Below, piece by piece: positions 58,418 to 64,000 of a stretch of DNA of 64,000 bases (position 1 is its first letter; each line of letters begins with the position of its first letter). A program made the position numbers and the translations under genes. The stretch comes from Mobula hypostoma (lineage: Eukaryota). Below the pieces are notes generated by a model. It did no database searches. It saw nothing but the letters and a program-made list of their open reading frames with translations, and was not told where the DNA came from. The stretch is taken from the NCBI RefSeq assembly GCF_963921235.1, contig NC_086097.1:188606001-188670000 (forward strand). Direction: 5' to 3'.

Positions 58418-60040
58418 AAGTATATTATAGGTGATCTACCCTGACAAAACCTGTGCTATACTTGGCAGAGGAATCTTGGACAGCCTTGCACTCCTGAGGG
58501 GTATCATCATTTATGCGGAAGACAGAGGCATGGATGTCTGATTAGTCAGCTTAGACCAGGAGACTTCCAGCAAGATATCACACATGTGCAAAATGGATGT
58601 GTCTCCAAAATGGGCGTCGGGGAGGGAATCAGAAATTGGTCCCAGTTGTTCCACACAGATATCCACAGTACAGTCCAAATCAATGGGTGGGAAAAATAAT
58701 CTATCAGGAAGGGCAAGAGCACAAGACACTGCCAGACAGAGAAGGCACACAAGCTAAAATCTCCATGTACTAGTCTTCTCCTCAGATACATGGTCAGTTC
58801 TTTGAATGATTAGTATCTACAACCAATTTGAGTTGGCCAACTGCATGATGAGCAATGCCATGCTCTTTGGCAACTGGCCTATCTGTCCCCTTTACTGTCA
58901 GATCTGGCTATCTGAAGGTACTGGGCATATGGATCAGATTGGCTGGAATGGATCAGGAAGGTTAAACAAAAACTAGTTTCTAGAAACAGCATCTCTGCCT
59001 GTAACTGGGAGGAACTTGGTCATCAGGTGCAAAATGCTCTCAGGGTTGGTGTACTTAGCACAGGTGTGGCCTGTCCCCTTGCTCCTCTGCCTCAGTAGTC
59101 ACCTGAGTTGCCTTCCACTTTATCTGGGAGTCCAAGGTAAAACGAGTCAGATAGGTCAAGATGCACAAGTCTCCAGAGAATAGTAGCAAAAGTGTACCAA
59201 ACGTTGCACTCATCTTGATGACCACCTTCATGTGCGTGGACCAAAGTAGGTGGGCAGTAAGTGTCACTACATGGTGAAGTTCTACCTGCTCCTAGTTTTG
59301 AGGAAGAGGCCTGGTCTCTTTGCCATCCAACATCCAAACCTGCTGGACATTGCCACACTACCTCTCAATCATGGAAGAATTCTTCCAAGTAAACACCATT
59401 AACCAGAAGTCCATCAGGCAGTGGTCAGTGTAGAACCTCCTGAAGACACTGTGGAACAAGTACACTAAGGGTTCTGTAGGCTTGTTCTCTAATCAAACAG
59501 TCCAAACCATCTGGTAGAAGACTTTGTTGCCAGATGTGACCAACAAGCACCAAGACCCCACTTGACTGGCAGTGGAGGGACATGACAATCAGAGCCTTCC
59601 TGTGCAGGAAACATATCACTCTCCAATATATGCTACCCTCGGGATGGCTACTGTGAGGAAGAAACAGTCACCCACTTCTTTGCAGACTGCAGATTTGCTA
59701 AGAGGGTGTGGAGAAGGATGCAAGGGTCCATTTCCTGGTTCATCCCTAGCAGTTGTGCAACAGCGGGCTCTAATCTGTTCCAGGGATACACACTGAGCAG
59801 ACAGCAAATGCCCCTGGAAGGCTATCAATAGCAAAGGATGCTCTTTTGTCTTCTTGAAACTTGCTGGTCTTCTAACATAGTGAGACATCTGTAAAGGAAT
59901 GCTGCAGGCAGGCTCAATCCAGGCTGCAGAGTATGTTTTGCGGTGCACTGATACTCAGTACAGCTAATACTAAGGTTCTGTGGGAAAGACCAAACAGAAA
60001 GGGGTGGAGTTGTGTAGGGAACCATTCAAATAGTCTAAAG

Positions 60041-60813
60041 CAGTGGTCCCCAACCACCGGGCTGTGGACTGGTGCCGGGCCGCAAAGCATGTGCTACCGG
60101 GCCGCGAGGAAACAATATGAGTCAGCTGCACCTTTCCTCATTCCCTGTCACGCACTGTTGAACTTGAACATAGGGTTGCCAACTGTCCCGTAATAACCGC
60201 GACATCCCGTATATTGGGCTAAATTGGTTTGTCCCGTATTTCCCCTGCTAAGGTAGAGCGTTCCTATGAAACCTTTTGTGCCGAAATGGCGTAAAGAGAA
60301 AAAGCAATTACCATTAATTTATATGGGAAAAATTTTTGAGCGTTCCCAGTCCCAAAAAATAACTTAACAAATCATACCAAATAACACATAAAACTGAAAA
60401 TAAATAACACTAACACAGAGTAAAAGCAAGAATGATATGATAAATACACAGACTATATAAAGTAGAAATATTGTATGTACAGCAGAGTCAGGAAGATGAA
60501 GGCAAAACCGATTTGTGTGGGGGGGGGGAAAAAAAAAAATCGGCATGTGCGCATGTCACGCCTGCGCACACAGATGCCCACACAAGGCTTCATGGTCATG
60601 GTAGTCTTTCCTGGGGTAAAGTGTCCTGGGATTTGACTGCTACTTTTGTCCCTTATTTGGAAGTGAGAAAGTTGGCAACCCTAACTGTAAAAGACATGCT
60701 GAGGTGATTTTAACCCTACTTGAACCCCCCCCCCCGCCCCCCGGTCGGCCGGTCCGCAAGAATACTGTCAATATTAAACCAGTCCGCAGTGCAAAAAAGG
60801 TTGAGGACCCCTG
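60041..60813. mobile_element. hAT (Charlie-like) MITE with a second TIR pair nested at 60171-60683
   Basis: TIRs cagtggtccccaacc / ggttgaggacccctg; perfect 8-bp TSD gtctaaag at 60033-60040 and 60814-60821. Confidence 0.88.
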
Positions 60814-61235
60814 GTCTAAAGGGCATATCACCCTATGGAGCCACATCCACTACTAAATATATCGACAATGAATGCATAAATTACTTCTACAGTGTTTCTT
60901 CCTTTGTACATGTGTTTTTATGAATAAAGACTACTTCTGAATTAAAAAATAACCACCTCCACATATAATTACTTCAAAACTTGGTCTCTTGCCCACTGTC
61001 TGTGACTCTCTGCTGCCCAATCCCATCCCAGATGCAAGGTTAAAGAAACAGGGAAGTGCCAGGGCATCTAGTATGTTGCATCCCTCAGTATTCAACACTC
61101 AACATCTTAAAACAATTAGCTTTTCCTGTTTGCATCAGAACCAGACAGCTCTGTCGGATGGTCAAGTCAGCAATGGCCAGTTCCCAAAATGTATATAAAA
61201 ATGTTCTCATACATCTGTCAACCAGAAAATTCTGA

Positions 61236-61740
61236 AATGGAGGGGCTTCTGCACAGGACCCAAAGAAGCTGCAGAAGGTTGTAAGTCTAGTCAGTTCCAT
61301 CTTGGGCACCAGCCTACAAAGTACCCAGGACATCTTTAGGGAACGGTGTCTCAGAAAGGTAATGTCCATTATTAAAGACCTCCAGCACCCAGGGCATGCC
61401 TTTTTCTCACTGTTACCATCGGGTCAGAGATACAGAAGCCTGAAGGCACACACTCAGTGATTCAGGAACAGCTTCTTCCCCTCTTCCATGATGATTCCTA
61501 AATGGACTTTGAAGATTTGGACACTACCTCACTTTTTTTTTTTAAAAACACAGTATTTCTGTTTTTGCACATTTTTAATAATCTATTCAATATACATAAT
61601 TGATTTACTTGCTTATTTATTATTATGTTTATTCTATTTATTATTTTTTCCTCTCTGCTAGATTATGTATTGCATTGAACTGCTGCTGCTAAGTTAACAA
61701 ATTTCACGTCACATACGGTGATAATAAACCTGATTCTGAG
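61236..61740 (+). mobile_element. Rex1/Babar-like LINE 3' end
   Basis: 3' part closely similar to 24972-25247; ends aataaacctgattctga. Confidence 0.7.
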
Positions 61741-62887
61741 CTGGAAACCTGTCTTGATCCCAACAAAGGCATCCCCTTTCTCTGCATCTGTCCCTGTCCA
61801 TACCATTTAAACACAGCCTTTACTTCACTTTTCCAACTGTGATGAAAGCTCATGAACCAGAATGTTAATTGTTTATACACCATGTTGTCTGACTTGCTAA
61901 CTGTTTCAAGCAGTCTACTTCATTCTTTTTATTGTTCTAACTACCTCATCTCTTTCTCTTACACATATGCCTTTGTGATAGCTTTTCATAACTTGTTGAG
62001 CATTTCCAGCATTTTCTGGATCTGGTTTTGCTTGTGGCTCTAGCATTTTCTGCCTTTATTTCAGATTTCCAGCATCTACATATTTTTAAAAAAAGTTTTC
62101 ACCTACTAACAATAAGTAATTGAATTAAGGTGCATATGCAACTTGTGAGGATGTTGCCAAGACTAAAATACTTTAGCTACAGTGTGCAGATAGAGTAGTC
62201 ATCTGTGTACCAGAACAACTCACTGGTTCCACTCATCAGCTCTGTAGTCTTGCACATTTTATCTGCCAAATATCTATCCAATTCTCTTATGAAAGCAATG
62301 ATCTCCACCACACTTCCAGATTCTAAATCATAGGTTGCATAAAAAAATTTCTCTTCATGTTGCTCCCTATTCTCTTTCCCCACTATGCACATCCAACCTT
62401 AATTAAACCCCCAAAATAATGTATCACCTCACAATTATCAGCTTAACTTTCACCTGGCAAATGACCTCCCCCAATTAACAGCCAATCAACATCAGCAAAA
62501 CCAAAAAAATGATAATGGACTACAGGAGGAAGATACCAGAAATCCACGAGCCAGTCCTCATTGGAGGAACAGAGGTGAAAATAGTCAGTAGCTTTACATC
62601 CCTTGGTGTTAACATATCAGAGGATCTGTCCTGGGACCAGCACTTAAGTATCATCACAAAGAAGGCACGATAGCACCTCTATTTGTTAGAAGTTTGTCTA
62701 GATTCGGCACATCATCAAAAACTTTGACAAACTTCTATAGATGCATAGTGGACAGTATCTAAATAGTTGCATTAATGGACTGGTATGAAAACACTAATGC
62801 CCAGGAACTGAAAAGGCTACAGAAAGTTGTGGATACAGTTCAGTCCATCACAGGCAAGGCCCTCCCCAATATTTAGTACATTTACAT

Positions 62888-62966
62888 CAAGAGTACCCAA
62901 ACTGGGGTCCATTGACCCCTCAGTTAATGGTAGGGGTCCATGGTATGAAAGGGGTTGTGAACCCCG
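62888..62966. mobile_element. 79-bp hAT-type mini-MITE
   Basis: Degenerate CAGGGGTTCCCAACC-like TIRs; 8-bp TSD atttacat at 62880-62887 and 62967-62974. Confidence 0.6.
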
Positions 62967-63640
62967 ATTTACATTCAGTACTGCCACAACAAACCAGTCA
63001 CAGATAATTAGCACGGAAACAGGCCCTTTGGCCTATCTAGTCCATGCTGAAACCATTTAAACTGCCTACTCCCATTGACCAGCACTAGGAATATAGCCCT
63101 CTATATCCCTACTATCCATGTACATATCCAAACTTCTCTTAAACATTAAAATCAAGCTCACATGCAACACTTCCAATGGCAACTCATTCACACTCTTATG
63201 ACCTTTTGAGTGAAGAAGTTTCCCCTCATGTCCCTCTTAAACTTCCCAACTTTCACCCGTAACCCAGAGAGTGGTGAATCTGTGGAATTCTCTGCCACAG
63301 CAAACTGTTGAGGCCAGTTCATTAGCTATGTTTAAAAGGAAGTTAGATATGGCCCTTGTGGCTACAGGGGTCAGGGGGTATGGAGGGAAGGCTGGGTTCT
63401 GAGTTGGATGATCAGCCATGATCATAATAAATGGCGGTGCAGGCTCGAAGGGCCGAATGGCCTACTCCTGCACCTATTTTCTATGTTTCTATGTTTCTAA
63501 CCCATGGCCTCTGGTTGTAGTTCCACCCAACCTCAATATCCATCAAAGGCTGCCACCATCCAGGTAATGCTATCTTCTTGCTACTACCATCAGGCAGAAG
63601 GTACAGAAGCTTTATATCCTACACAAGTTCAGGGACAGTT

Positions 63641-64000
63641 ATAAGACCATAAGACATAGGAGCAGAATTAAGCCATCTGGCCCATCAAGTCTGCTCCGCC
63701 ATTCAATCATGGCTGATCCTTTTGTCTCATCTCCTCCTCAACCCCAATTCCCGGCTTTCTCCCTGTAACCTTTGATGCCATGTCCAATCAAGAACTTATT
63801 AATCTCTGCCTTAAATACATCCAATGACCTGGCCTCTAGAGCTGCATGTGGCAACAAATTCCACAAATTCACCACTCTTTGGCTAAAGAAATTTCTCCAC
63901 ATATCTGTTTTGAAAGGGCGCCCCTCTATCCTGAGTCCGTGCCCTTTTGTCCTAGACTCTCCCAGCATGGGAAACATCCTTTCCACTTCTACTCTGTCTA
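63641..64000 (-). mobile_element. CR1 3' end, continuing beyond the window
   Basis: ORF 63738..63986; (TATGGTCT)n tail as in the two young copies. Confidence 0.88.

Noticed and set aside
58440..60030. Several short ORFs
   Set aside because: Probably a decayed LINE (Tx1-like); too degenerate to call

Overview
Vertebrate genomic DNA, AT-rich and dense in transposons. The repeat content (CR1, Rex1/Babar-like, Penelope, V-SINE) suggests a cartilaginous fish, probably a ray; this is inference only. Two genes converge tail-to-tail. The last 5 coding exons of RMDN1 lie on + (4156-18250). The last 9 coding exons of the HECT E3 ligase WWP1 lie on - (56378-20211). All 14 exons have GT-AG sites and consistent phases. 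The introns hold nested CR1 LINEs, Penelope-like elements (RT + GIY-YIG), Rex1-like LINEs, an internally deleted L1, Tc1/Tigger and hAT derivatives, and SINEs. Best leads: (1) ~200-230 bp non-coding fold-back elements flanked by 12-14 bp target-site duplications (TSDs), built from Penelope terminal repeats and carrying minimal hammerhead ribozyme motifs; (2) a canonical U_UUA_AAC -1 frameshift heptamer directly before the ORF1 stop in two young CR1 copies, with ORF2 open in the -1 frame and no shared AUG; (3) an inverted Penelope pair bracketing two WWP1 exons; (4) possibly overlapping RMDN1/WWP1 3' UTRs. Boundaries of old repeats are approximate, and family names come from motif recognition, not database searches.
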